DNA of 64,000 bases, taken from positions 32,001 to 96,000 of the IMG/VR virus record IMGVR_UViG_3300035684_000001. One strand, 5' to 3'. Both the position numbers and the translations under genes were made by a program. Positions within the stretch are counted from its first letter, which is position 1; each line of letters starts with the position of its first letter. This document shows positions 56,901 to 62,684 of the stretch, one piece after another. Source of the stretch: a virus. The notes beneath the pieces were generated by a model. The model searched no databases and was not told where the DNA came from. It worked only from the letters and a program-made list of their open reading frames with translations.

Positions 56901-57880
56901 CTGCTGGCTTAATTACAATCATCAAGGCAATTTCATTTACGCTAATTGGCGTAATTAAAACGCTAGGGTTTGTTTTCAAGGTTGTCTCGAAGATTGTTCA
57001 ATCGGTTGCAATTGTCGGTACAGTGATCGCCGGAACAGTCGCGACTTTAGCCTTGATAGCAAATTTTGGTGTCGTGCTTGCTGGGATAACAGGAGCTCTT
57101 GGGGCGATCGGTACTGCTGTATCGGGAGTTGGCAGTGCCTTGATGGCGATCGGAGGCGTATTTGTCACAGTTGTCATTCCAGTCATTATGGGCGGCATTG
57201 GGGCTATAATTGCAGGTATTTCTGCTGCGGTGGTTGCAGCGTCACCTTTCTTGGCGATAATTCTTGGAGTTGTGGCGATCGGGTGGGTTTTGAAAGAAAC
57301 TTTCGTTGTAGTTGGAGGTGCTATTACTAGAGTTTTCCAAGGAATTTGGAACTTAATTCAGTGGGTTGTCACTAATTCAATGGGGATTCTAGCTAATATC
57401 CCCTTCGTTGGCGGATTGTTTGCTCCTTCATTGCGGAGTCAACCTTTACCGAGCCACCCACTACAGGTTCAGCCAGTACAGCGTTATGCGGTCGGTGGTT
57501 TGATATCGGGTCCGGGAACATCTACAGGCGATCGCGTTCCTATTTTGGCTTCACCTGGGGAGTATGTTATCAACGCTGCTGCTACGCGATCAAACCTACC
57601 GTTGTTGGAATCGATTAATCAGGGCGATCGGGTAGAAGCTTCTAACCTCCGCGCATTGCCCGTTCCCGCAACTCCAATTCCCCTTCCCCCTGTTGCATCT
57701 TCGCAGGCGACAGAGTATAACGTTCAATTAATTTTTGGAGATATTATAGTACAGGGTGCAAATCCAGGTTTTGCAGCAGAAGAATTATTACGCGAACTCA
57801 TGAAGCATTTGGAATCACCGCAAGCACAAAGAGTTATTCGCAATCAATTGCGCGATATTGTTGAAAAAGCGAAGCAATAA
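38921..57880 (+). CDS. Giant phage tail tape measure protein (~6,300 aa; likely TTG start at 39005)
   Basis: TP901/PhageMin_Tail-type N-terminal domain (FDDKMSAVAAIS...LGATTRFTAGEAADA.KYLA.AG...LDLASAG); Ala/Gly/Leu-rich amphipathic helices; C-terminal YAVGGLISGPGTSTGDRVPILASPGEYVINAAAT. Confidence 0.93.
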   Translation: MVQFNETNISRYAGHPTQWGGFCCLGGILEESLDRYGLVGQFNFLVADGSFSSMKSVVKHLSNMEKAVADASKSVDSNGLAGQFKSAARSLDTSSGNMAKSLQPLKAEFRVLKATAANIDFGDVLDDRQFKKATTAVNTYVKNLKELRKQVQGETAAEREFTEVLKRQQRVIKDKLALHDAERKAAFFSQRKGEFGALQQVGNIALNPLKQAGKEAIQVFAGFDDKMSAVAAISRSTGKDLDRLRGKAKLLGATTRFTAGEAADAEKYLAAAGFNAQQIFAGVPATLDLASAGQLGLAESADIASNVLSGMRMGVSDLGHITDVMALSAASANTNIQQLGVAMSYAAPNAALFGAGIEETSALIGVMSNAGIQSDKAGTAARGAFLKLAAPTVRGRMALIQYGISLTDTSGKMRNIVDVMQDIGTNLQLDPASLDSIIQAGDDVEKLGQLAQSKQISALKDIFGTTGISGASAAISQMQEFTRLSLAGRGSSFAIEDYEKLFKSQGIDKLATDKDVFASLLREAGSYQDALQKLDAATIALVKSNEYLGNLSSTQLSQLSGYFQIPEGENLFDAILATAPDANAAVSKLTSAMGELGIEFKGKSGAAKTMAQVMENNLAGSFRSLGSAFEAVQVNLIEPIAPIVRAISDTLTKLLLAIANLPSPIRGLIAGVGVLTAGFAAVSVAVGTVGVVLFGFSQAAATATAAGIALQASVIPLTGFFPAAMAAFEGTASNPFKTASFAAEAFSDTIASTSKDVNLGLNGIARNIAVVSRSLISMSVSFALSPMGIAIASFLALNAILQQINPEINLLGTIFSAVSSIAGFAVGIIQGFGEALLAALDVPTSVAGSMLTAPFAAVSSAIEYATVAFETWRKSGRAIGVDIFKFVAQPFQLAGRAIETSWNFTLNYIKGLLTPFAGFVARIGKLLQGGLAEASPGPTYMIREKWDYTIAFLEKLFTRIRNAAGLVNRAFLGIGSVTESSKMEAQQQILQGAINLVTNSVKKLSVIGGTITQIQQFERSIIDGVRENFDFLSFTLLTLSSLPLTLLAQLEEGAALIVPELAFIIGEGIPRAFLYAMPGLVAIATSTGLIQGIERGFMGAIDAIPEFLERISDKIYNSLSVGMKQKLNQGLSEGLTSFARSMPAIFPGGVAINVDIDKSYLAIKDFIRGPLVGLIAYLHRVGDLSKEIGKEIYAGIEPILSFNPFTFFPLFSALPPLIPLVTAILPMEKALVSLAKSPSVQGIMGFLTGTVLPAALRTIAAISSLVIFTFNAIVTLPVLAVLQEVISRLTPITEILRAIALNAQSVAAAVGRSLLLAVDRAVIGIAALILEIPYIGKHLSAAFLVGTKALGGFFQLIAASAPRYLNLLLRFFPTKQLVALFSSYRKIFTDLMSGVVYAFREGLNPVSNILMKALNPAAAFKFLAFYIRTKGLAGIIKKGGFGGLSQIFNLANYINPIDIALGLNKSLNEVARLVSGSAVPLDFISRKQAEIFQVLATPAARRLAEREKRLVSLVEILESASGPMKVFIKLVQGLMMVSPIVQIVSRLGLTMLFWYNILKPVNKEMLDAIANTRLLGVSLMPVAKVLEVMRFVVVDLGEILFRFLKAIPGMAATVMDVFDKLGTGIGVTIHEIVGVSSILANVFKFSVINPLAGILLAVIAVADGTLIAVLATFKLIRLKTQQYGDAITALLRGNFVPLVKQIFSDLFGVINFGFQQTAMRAVSAISYLGKTVGTIVGASAAEIVRLIRDPIGEITRLTELSVKSLAAATAGVMVYVRQLQLDKLIRFAADFWPEILAVASVLGRIYGLLSPIQFAIVGLIELGGFLSYEYATGFQNLDKIITALQHPIDALNMAMQGIAGFLGLYISPDLTGFIGNLAEQFVKFLPVIGSGVFAIALLLTRNIGGAFQMISNNVLLFIGRILQVSEAIAGVGDRVRQVASSANIQVGLSEVANKVRRRSTVAGIANPLAYSQDFQTQQQATFLGDQRVAKSKAALRYQKELAKAQQQEQALSERALISEVKRGTDFGKGLADAERRYYLKDKNGITEGVSGAAVEKRRNRFGIEQYQVTDIGRQLLKMSGQGGENVKAGRGLQFENIRREAAKRSGLDAEFSRFGNAPSNEELVKLAGGKNVAIDLLTNFQKAMANLHVEDIKAEYLYVSKSKLPQVSKDKPDSERAFDIQVQRFKDKGNKDIGINSVASSSEIRKEMEAAKKATVNASTAFYSRLNAILAKVKTSPTDSSPSSKMFNPEADTQNYADRLKAAKAVDKQRPQGEFERTLADIIHTINERQTKMIVQTVTGFNNFEEANKQAARELQESSGRSRQVAIGFGEVAVQGVRNLGHSMQESSNLLEGQVASTRNSLVRTLFGWTGIPKILEAMRFDKTIAIQARIVQARTERIARSEATAALVLKRARERGLDALVKNNPEHANLDLLLVKMRQPENKQLYQFFNQFMETGKYQREATGNEITQLTEMLKASFGEKRPEFQGVDNLKTFLDRLKSAPDLNKEDIQKLRRYLTHGTGDRGKQLKENEFEALAKQLTNAGIGGENELLDLRTALRRDESLATVFDQYLLTGKFVLKASQEQQNQIAGFLGLSSSRELKNIDQIKLKNPLEQLKVNVRVYLESIDAGFERFNRSTISQIDSLESKLIKIPFMSVEMAENIVRPLRNFYAGIYRSALSAKDSSIKLAGDLYNAAEASVKGSKFVQRIEKLNKDFRIAQRNSLQHMMTEGREKAPKTHYQFMGQMFAELTKTDIKDRQVQDKILQSILKDQKDSEGNNISIKDRLLKLGMGDRIENITKALGKALDVNEARVREIVENPDYTAKSVAPYQFFLAKAFPDLIKNFTGGVTLLAAKSGAGGLIKKIVADISPALGKPVLIGLSNVIDRARIAMSVGTNRIAREVEGLIGTNPFSNFLNNFSRFLARSGDSLSKFFVDRANGFDAERAKSWTVKIVDKAGELFKTVAGVLVQAGNQAKSQQGGILGAIGNLFSGVKKFFSNVFGNKDIAKLQKQKEAAERLAQSEGDSRLGLAAKRRAATLGDRIEYTKQFNSPASKAKAALFGLAELLKTASQKVGQGADALNAQSRQAAIPQSETTIREASRGGRRHYRSLERRGLIDSADVSIDSGMAEYASNILPLTEKISASILKGASSAARGISTYFQGAATRTETAWQEATNRITGNNWWTMVKRAAWAGVKIVTSLNHRASDVTSAAWENTEHSTAANMNQMAQVAAGTGAEIAQDMQRAAQVTQQSIAHIPQVAEQATTKSVGFFHKLVGAMGGVGKAGMAVGGAVTAAGFAAQTAFFSLQNMGFIDEATGQSLYKVTELFTLVGAVGGLAAPVLTALGASFGAIVSISGATIAGLTGIGGAIAGAMGVAALPLAPLIAGVAAIGLAAGGLYLAFKNNFLGIGNLARSTGDMLSQALSAPISFITAAWQRFIDAFGGKLMAIIQPALNVAQGLINALNHNPTEKIPTAWEGAVASITGLIQGMVAPAKGVGEEMSEVLQADDAKQRRKTEFINSIALGATGEKQKLSWQENLQIGFGKVVAALTSVLSPLDSVGKKLDIQAQLLHAQIRQQQTAQAQTLWRFATNKERNKNLATRIEGMLQRRFSREAPQQLSHSARTMGGFVPRSGTTATAPPMLGALQQSGAGKGISKFGSLLKPIFGLGMLGEVGTLMLGIGGITTALSVLTLAFTTDFADIRTKTVKLTTAIGHLFSGAVQTIQRAWTGFVHWFLDMPLVDTALEMALGLIDALNHNPTEKIPAAWEGAVERISGAINWLITPAKEVAGILTGVFSPVSDFFSSKAKQANLVVSQGKEAVVNTKNSLTNTYAGMEGFFTQGSRAIESELHLHGQIFLSIVSTLNNIASYTKSLLSLLDKTQEETRSSAVAQAPDLGKSSVLAQRKYQIGFGLKGEGWKKRTEQSRQKDISNDLGQQKRGWNLFDRVHIPDFIEIRNVFDKESAFRTQIQAQMQKEELKIADTILQGLNSKSLSSQAEYAGLATKITVQKKGLGGLLGQTEDVYKINQAGQKYIEEQLAASAKNQEGMFSNARLSATAASVGAKIPDQSLLDKALIGQDSLNDAIKIAPGQPGKSQQILQLESINSILAEILTVIIGLQPASVQIPSKQVIAEPPREKLLPLEVKETSSAQKFFGFLSQSIKENAPKITNSIQGTVKSGIDKTKDFISSRKQAFIEKKTYLAAKAGAGIFGGTVPKTPDAVGVTGTIGFGDLGASSTNAAWANTASAITANINSLVQPAEDSGYELQKAVSEGSPGPTYWIRHYWEKTVGAIAGWMGDIQSTAQETGSVLRGSLTNSASKILLSPPKNDLKSQAIRSASFFMLAVGDRYQYLADRGIGSASILFAPGMEYVTSSLSQLGEDLVDFTGRSARALLTLNFVELGDAAHDFFGNFKYGVGGVLSGFSSMSLSAIAFGLFSLSGISPLLLVLGGVAFTAAVIVANFLGIRTILTGLIKIGIGAGKILAGVLWGLVEAASAFKTIALGILPALKGDFTLIQDGFRRLGFAFENFQRSASDGLKTIAQGSIQILQGFGEALEQIFRPLGFTIKQTTESIQNFFSAFRSGEQAGEMVASILIAAVKSFTNAIGFAIDSIKKHFPVIKQLLVEQLDLGVQSIKDKIFQVQEAIKNFTFKDAITSISQLFGSIDGSVESVPDRIKRLAPGITEALTAPLRYVGDFWRSFFNTILAELPPEIVATIQKGFGDAISAVEPTFRQILKTLNIEEYFDRAIVKVQTSWQHLKNWLGQSNLFQVVGDRLREAFKPENLSQAFLSTINILEAAWSKFVGWMSATNLFDWLFALLLKVGSEFTLFGDLLREKWSDVQKLLASGQVFQGFFEGMKDLGSKLTTWALEIGLKFEIPAIQDLFVKIALLGENLSNTTAFIREKWNKLSVWLAETPLIPGALDFLVALGTKFGETISWIKSEWPNFITFLTSADLFANISAKMKSFGESIPSLFEEIKGQVAKIIPSMNGAIGSIQVQWQRLTEFLNKKGLFTRVFAGLSEALNEKGLFTRIFTGIQDIPIALGKVADWIKEKWQKFAVEFQTILTPIVDFAKWLGQTLINLLNHSPTVKIPEAWKEAVTKITNSLLALIAPASWVASQIIEKFNLDAVKNGFKSLTGFISNFATSLFSEVQQPLTDLIGIVVSASKSVIDFGKTLFDIAKAVNSGAIASDEMTSKLTGVSSAVRHLGEFLGVILRSLGQFSQGLTSAGDDADRASSAGKGLGQVVGKMLAGIVSFSTTVLPPLFKVLWVFTQIGIEISAFALKFVWAFRFVLDWPSRVMTAVLGLYNAVMRFVALLSSFSRKSKEVFVGLQEGFASFKTQLAGVALTASEIASSFLGFAKDIGTFGSKMGSVIAEILIGLKDVGVALFKLGLDVSLPFDIFSVFKGIPDIISSIGALGSNATELKGRLISELGELGAAITQFLEQPLKAVGAIWEKTGGKIVGAIAGIGRKAKQTGQQLQGDLSEASPGPTYWIRKNWLNTTETIQSQLSDLALSAKIEGNAIYKFLDRSLTALSPSKIAEAGEALGGLKFDARLAMSNVGRNPKVDTQSNLHVITARQLRLNELYKQGTIDSKVYTQGLKNLESAHKRVTQAVEQDTAARKQAGESVRSLSLSIGSALSNIAPQLATPIFMFNDLVTAFLDIRTAIPGMRAFYAANAASSVAADSAISASALTKAGIVGGANGAIAASYGFVAGAAKLAYRSMIVPLLPFLPLILGISSAIFLLYRAYKDNIGDIQGVMENAKNSLGNFGSWILESISSVASGIVGMIAGVLGPLIEVSKFAFTVFGVFVESLLKIGAALAVFSFLGQIGSLFVSAGAFVTGLGLAIVEFSTIAGSVAAVFSGVLVPVILSGLSAIFAAAAAVITPFLPLIPLILGIVTVGWVLGKVFNFVGSIIGGVFGGIWNSSTEVVGTLFQEISNVWSALADLGDQIVQPFAQAFGAIASIFGGVDGNISGVASTIIHVLLIPVKLLAAGLITIIKAISFTLIGVIKTLGFVFKVVSKIVQSVAIVGTVIAGTVATLALIANFGVVLAGITGALGAIGTAVSGVGSALMAIGGVFVTVVIPVIMGGIGAIIAGISAAVVAASPFLAIILGVVAIGWVLKETFVVVGGAITRVFQGIWNLIQWVVTNSMGILANIPFVGGLFAPSLRSQPLPSHPLQVQPVQRYAVGGLISGPGTSTGDRVPILASPGEYVINAAATRSNLPLLESINQGDRVEASNLRALPVPATPIPLPPVASSQATEYNVQLIFGDIIVQGANPGFAAEELLRELMKHLESPQAQRVIRNQLRDIVEKAKQ
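38922..38930 (+). promoter_or_regulatory. Extended -10 (TG-G-TACAAT) upstream of the tape measure gene
   Basis: Direct match in the divergent intergenic region. Confidence 0.5.
38960..38995 (+). terminator. GC-rich hairpin plus U-tract in the tape measure leader
   Basis: GGCCACCCCA-cccaa-TGGGGCGGCT-TTTGTT. Confidence 0.5.
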
Positions 57881-57946
57881 AATACGCAATCGTGTGTTAT
57901 TATTAACAGACGACACAAAACAAATTTTGGATTAAAACGTAAAATT

Positions 57947-58237
57947 ATGGCGGTCAAAAAAGAAATCAAGTATCAAATAGCATTCCCGGAATACATTCCG
58001 GAAAGTGCGGTACACTTAATGCCTAAAAAAGAATTGTGGGGCATTGACAAACGATGTGGAACTCATGCTACTAGAATTGCTGCCATCAGAAGTCAATTAC
58101 CAGACTATGCAGGCTTTTCGGATGAACAGGTTAAATACCATTATCAATGTATTTATCGAAACCTCAGACACTGGAAAGTCGTAAAAGCTGATAGTCTTCC
58201 AGACTTAGCAGTTGTTCGACAAAGTTTTAAAGAATGA
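57947..58237 (+). CDS. Hypothetical protein
   Basis: 96-aa ATG ORF. Confidence 0.7.
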   Translation: MAVKKEIKYQIAFPEYIPESAVHLMPKKELWGIDKRCGTHATRIAAIRSQLPDYAGFSDEQVKYHYQCIYRNLRHWKVVKADSLPDLAVVRQSFKE

Positions 58238-58320
58238 GTTTAATTACGATAAAACTTGCTAAAGTCGTGTGCAAACTGTGCTACAATTAGGTTTAAACAC
58301 AAATCAAGCAATGTTAAATC

Positions 58321-58740
58321 ATGCAATATACTTTGATTTCATCACATAAAACTGTGTGCAAAAATAGGCGGGAAAGAATCGAATTTGTAGAAAAGTTTCT
58401 CGATCTACCAAAAAATGAATTTGGTGGCACTACTTACTGGCCGATTTTTTGCTCCCACGGGGGAGGATATGTCGAACCAAAAGAAAATCAAAGCTCAATA
58501 AGCTATTACTACGAAGAAGAAATTCTTCGTCGCGAAAAATTGCCTGTTTGTGGTTCCCATCCGGGAACAATGGAGTTCATTTTTTGGAAAACGAAAAGAT
58601 TTACTTTTACTGCAAATGAAGTCATGGTAGAAGAGGCTGAGTCTTCTAGCCATATAGATGGAACAGATCAAGATTTTCCCAATACAAGTTCTGATTCTTT
58701 TGGAAACCAAGGTTTTGGTCGCTGGAATGATAATAGATAG
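58321..58740 (+). CDS. Hypothetical protein
   Basis: 139-aa ATG ORF with upstream TGCTACAAT and a downstream terminator. Confidence 0.7.
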   Translation: MQYTLISSHKTVCKNRRERIEFVEKFLDLPKNEFGGTTYWPIFCSHGGGYVEPKENQSSISYYYEEEILRREKLPVCGSHPGTMEFIFWKTKRFTFTANEVMVEEAESSSHIDGTDQDFPNTSSDSFGNQGFGRWNDNR

Positions 58741-58770
58741 CACCGGAATGTGGAACTGGGATTAAAGTTT

Positions 58771-58813
58771 AAACAAAAAGCCCAACAGCCAATAACTGTT
58801 TGGCTTTTTGTTT
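58771..58813. terminator. Bidirectional terminator
   Basis: aaacaaaaagcccaacag...ctgtttggctttttgttt. Confidence 0.7.
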
Positions 58814-59126
58814 GTGTACTTAATGTTGAATATCCTTTCTATATTTCTGTTACGTGCAAACCGATCGCCCAATCAAGGTGCAACTTTCCTCCACGTCCTA
58901 TAAATGCTTACATAGAAAAAATTACAAGTATTTTACCTCCCGAAAAACTACCAGTTCTCTCTCTATCAAAAAACGTATACAAAAAGCGATGTAAATTAAA
59001 AATATAATTGCATCGCTTTTTGCAGCTTCTTTAGTTAGACTATTGAATTTGAAAATTGCCTACCTTTCTAACACTTCTTTGTTGTTTTTTGTGTTTTTTT
59101 GCCAAATACCTCGTCAAAAATATCAT

Positions 59127-59310
59127 CTATTTCTTTTGTGAGATATTTAAAAAAGCATCTTGAACTGGATTTTGAACCGATCGCCCGTATTCCAAATCAA
59201 AAAACTCATCTTCTGGAAAGTTTTCTTTAAATCGCGCTATTTGTTCTGGGGTCAATCGTCCATCTTTAAATTCAGTAGCAAGTTCTTCGCCAGCTTGTTT
59301 CCACTGATAA
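59127..59310 (-). pseudogene. Probable 3' remnant of a gene truncated by cassette insertion
   Basis: QWKQAGEELATEFKDGRL...QKK* looks protein-like, but its upstream part is the promoter region of the plus-strand gene at 59357. Confidence 0.35.
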
Positions 59311-59356
59311 TGTGTTAAATGTGTTACAATAAGTATAATTCTAAACACAAACGACA

Positions 59357-59899
59357 ATGAAAAAACAAATAGCAGCCTGTTTTCAAATTTCCGCCTACTC
59401 GGAAAAAACAAGAGAACAAATTGCTGAACGTATTCGCAATACCATCAAAGACTTAGACAAACCTTCCGATCCGATCGTAGAAGATTGGACAGGAGTAGAC
59501 CAAGAATGGCCACCAGAGCCAGAAGTCTATATCTTCTTCGACATGGAAGAAGAAGATGAAGTAGATGATAAAGGAATCCCGCTAAAAATCCTAAATGCGA
59601 TCGCGGGCGAAAATGTTTTTTTGTGGATGGGAGATGCCCCATCGTCTGAAGGTACTGTTCTTTTAGAAGCGAAACATCCAGAGAATGTCGAACAACACAT
59701 TCAATGGGTTGGTGTTTCGATAGATATGTACCAGCACACTTACATTGCCTGGAAAGCACACCCCTGTGCAGAGAAATACAAATGTAGCACGTCAGGGTGT
59801 CAAAAATTCGGAGAATGGTACTCGCTCCCGAAAAGTTTTGTTGAACTGACACGACCTGAGTGTCCGTCGTGCAATAAATTAGGCACAAAAATATCCTAA
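59357..59899 (+). CDS. Hypothetical protein with C-terminal zinc ribbon (paralog A1)
   Basis: CSTSGC...CPSC; tandem paralog at 60221. Confidence 0.8.
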   Translation: MKKQIAACFQISAYSEKTREQIAERIRNTIKDLDKPSDPIVEDWTGVDQEWPPEPEVYIFFDMEEEDEVDDKGIPLKILNAIAGENVFLWMGDAPSSEGTVLLEAKHPENVEQHIQWVGVSIDMYQHTYIAWKAHPCAEKYKCSTSGCQKFGEWYSLPKSFVELTRPECPSCNKLGTKIS

Positions 59900-60220
59900 T
59901 TAATTACCAAGCCTCGCACAATTTTAAACTTAAGTGAGGTTTTGATCTAAAAAAACAGCATTTTAAATTTATTGTTTAAGGTGCTGTTTTTTGTTTAAAT
60001 ATAAATCTCAACAATCGCCCGCTTATAAATTTAAATTTATTCCAAAATGCGCCCCCAGCCTAAAAACCGGGTGGCGCATTTTGCGTTGAGCCGAAAATCA
60101 AATTAAGAGGCAGGTATTGGCTGAATCGTAGGGGGTAGTTCGATTGTAGGTATTGAGTCGGCAGCAGCGGTTTGAAATGTGTTATAATAAAATATATAGT
60201 TGAAGTAAACACAAACGATA

Positions 60221-60742
60221 ATGAAAAAACAAATAGCAGCAGCTTGCCAAATCTCTGTCTACTCTGAATCTAAGGCAGAAGAAATAGCTAGTCGTCTTTG
60301 CAACACAATCACAGACTCAGGAAAACCATGTAATCCTATCGTAGAAGACTGGACGGGGGATGATACAAGTTGGCCACCAGAGCCCGAAGTCTACATCTTT
60401 TTCTGTATACAGGAAGAATGTGATGTGGATAATCGGGGAATCCCCGTAAAGATCCTAAATGCGATCACAGATGAAAATGTTAGCTTACGGATGGAGGAAG
60501 ATTTCTTGCTTGAAGCAAAACGTCCAGAAAGTATTGAGCAGCACTTTGAATGGGTGGGTGTTACTATCAATGAATATCAATCGATATACGCCAATCGAAA
60601 ATTCCATCCTGATGCGGAGCAATATAAACGCAACGTACCCAAATGGGAAAAATGGAACACCTAATGTTTGCTACCAAGAAACTTTAAATTTGCAGGATCA
60701 AAATGCTCGTCCTGCAACAAATTAGAGCAAAAAATATCCTGA
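60221..60742 (+). pseudogene. Paralog A2 with premature TAA at 60662-60664
   Basis: The frame continues CLLPRNFKFAGSKCSSCNKLEQKIS*, aligning to the A1 C-terminus. Confidence 0.75.
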
Positions 60743-60961
60743 TTAATTACTAAACCTCGCACAATTTTAACATTACGTGAGGTTTAGCTTACTAAAAGCA
60801 GCATCTTAAATTCATTATTTAGGATGTTGCTTTTTTGTTGCTTGAATGTGTGTCTTGACGATCACCCCTTATAAAAAAACATAGATTTAGCCTACTTATT
60901 GCAAAATGCGCCACCCAGCTTTTAGGCTGGGGGCGCATTTTGCTTTGAGCCGAAAATGAAA

Positions 60962-61363
60962 TTAAGAGGCAGGTGTTGGCTGAATCGTAGGGAGTGGTTC
61001 GATTCTAGGTATTGAGTCGGCAGTAGCGGTTGGAGTAGCGGTTGGCTCTACATTAGCAACTGGTTGGGCTGGAATCTCGGATGCTGTTGGGTCTTCAACA
61101 ACAGTTGCCGTAAGTTTTTCGTTCATTGTGGCAATAGTAGCGCTGAACGTCCTCAGAGAAGCTACTAAAGCCTCTTCATCTTGTGCTTGCTTTGCATCTT
61201 CAGCCAGCTCTGTGCCTTTCAGGGAGTCAATTTCCGCTCGCTGCGATTTTATTAAACCAATCGCTTGTTCAATCGCCGGAGCAAAAACGTTCAATCCAGT
61301 GATTAGTTCTTGTACTTCTTGGAATACTTGTTGCATCTGAGTTTGCCTTATACTGGTTGCCAA
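60962..61363 (-). CDS. Coiled-coil protein with a Pro/Thr-rich tail (gene B)
   Basis: 133-aa ATG ORF; its 3' end is duplicated at ~60104-60172. Confidence 0.75.
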   Translation of the reverse strand: MATSIRQTQMQQVFQEVQELITGLNVFAPAIEQAIGLIKSQRAEIDSLKGTELAEDAKQAQDEEALVASLRTFSATIATMNEKLTATVVEDPTASEIPAQPVANVEPTATPTATADSIPRIEPLPTIQPTPAS

Positions 61364-61398
61364 TGTATTGTAAAAGAAAAAGCGGTTGATTGCAAGTC

Positions 61399-61782
61399 AT
61401 GTATAACACAGAATCAGAGTTGATTTTTGCATTGAAACAATTGGCTGTTAAGCTCGATGAATTCAAAGCCTGGGCTGTTAGGCTAGATGTAGTTAAAGCT
61501 GCGGAAGTCGTAACAATCGCCCCGCCCGATAAACTTGATCGCGCGATCTCCGACCTAAAAATAGCCCTTGCGATTTCTGAAAAAATGCGATCGGATTGGG
61601 GGTTGCAAAAATTCAACGACAAAACGGTTACGGGGCGGTTGATGATTTTGGAGACAAAAATATTCGAGATTCCGCCACTGCTGATCCGATCGCGTCACCA
61701 TTTAAACGACGAGCTGGTTGAGTTGATTGGCTGGGATATTAAGGGCGATCAGCTGCGACTAACTTTTCGGATACTGAGTTAA
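61399..61782 (+). CDS. Hypothetical protein
   Basis: Likely ATG 61399. Confidence 0.65.
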   Translation: MYNTESELIFALKQLAVKLDEFKAWAVRLDVVKAAEVVTIAPPDKLDRAISDLKIALAISEKMRSDWGLQKFNDKTVTGRLMILETKIFEIPPLLIRSRHHLNDELVELIGWDIKGDQLRLTFRILS

Positions 61783-62684
61783 CGGAAGAGTTGTTCGATA
61801 ACAACCCTGATTTTATTTTGTATTTCAGGTAATTTGCTTGTCCATTTACTCCATAGCGAAGATGTGACAACAATTGTGGTAATAAAAGTAACAAATATCA
61901 TCTTTAGATTGTCAAAAACCATTTTATAGATTTCACTAAAAATAAATACACATAAATTACAAAACTTTTGATTGAGCTTAAGTAGCCAAATAGCTTTGCT
62001 TAATAGATTCAAAAGTTTAATATTTTTTTCTGTGCTTATAATTTTGAACTCCAATTGAAACTCGCTAAACTTTATATCTATAGTTTTGTAATTTTTTTCA
62101 ATTTCTGTAATTTGCTCTTTCAATTCATAAAGTAAGTTAAGTTGAGATTCTATAGCTTTAATATCGGTTGCTAGCGCCTGCAAGTTACTTGCTCCCGACA
62201 TTAGTAATATTCCGTCAAGTTGTTTTTCTACTCTACCGAGTCTTGCAAACAGCTCGTTAACGTAAATATTTTGTCGCAAGTTTAAATTATTTGACTCAAG
62301 GTTGGCGATCGCGTCTGGCAATGCGCTAGACTTTTGAACTAAATCTAACGCATTTTCTTTTGTTAGGCATTGATATCCTCTTTGTTTTATTTCTTGAACG
62401 AGAGCGGGATTTTTGTTTCCTGTTAGTACAACTATTTGAAGATCGGGAAAACCTTCTGCCTCTAGTGCGTCTAACGCTGCAAGGGGGTTGTCTGATTTTC
62501 TTACTAACCCTCCTAAGTCCAAAACAACACGCTTGATAGTATTATCAGCTTTTAAAATTTCTATCGCATCAGAAAGTTTTGTAGTAGAAGTAACTCCTTC
62601 AAAACCAGACTCTCGAAGAATTATTTCTGCAAATTCCCCATCGTTTGGGGAATCGTCTATTATCAATATTGGTGCGTTTGTCAT
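61779..62684 (-). CDS. Receiver (REC) domain + coiled coil + C-terminal transmembrane helix
   Basis: ILIIDDSPND, VVLDL (phospho-Asp), VLTG, LTKE; heptad region; MIFVTFITTIVVTSSLW. Confidence 0.85.
   Translation of the reverse strand: MTNAPILIIDDSPNDGEFAEIILRESGFEGVTSTTKLSDAIEILKADNTIKRVVLDLGGLVRKSDNPLAALDALEAEGFPDLQIVVLTGNKNPALVQEIKQRGYQCLTKENALDLVQKSSALPDAIANLESNNLNLRQNIYVNELFARLGRVEKQLDGILLMSGASNLQALATDIKAIESQLNLLYELKEQITEIEKNYKTIDIKFSEFQLEFKIISTEKNIKLLNLLSKAIWLLKLNQKFCNLCVFIFSEIYKMVFDNLKMIFVTFITTIVVTSSLWSKWTSKLPEIQNKIRVVIEQLFR

Larger units (their letters stand above)
59340..61032. repeat. Diverged tandem duplication, period ~860 bp (gene A, terminator, palindrome and 3' end of gene B)
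   Basis: 59340-60172 aligns with ~60200-61032, including intergenic hairpins. Confidence 0.85.

Noticed and set aside
39359-57198. Numerous 60-200 aa alternative-frame and antisense ORFs within the tape measure gene
   Set aside because: Expected shadows of a long Ala/Gly-rich gene; none has recognisable motifs or its own expression signals.
58750-59007. 85-aa GTG ORF
   Set aside because: It runs through a bidirectional terminator (58771-58813) and AT-rich intergenic sequence.
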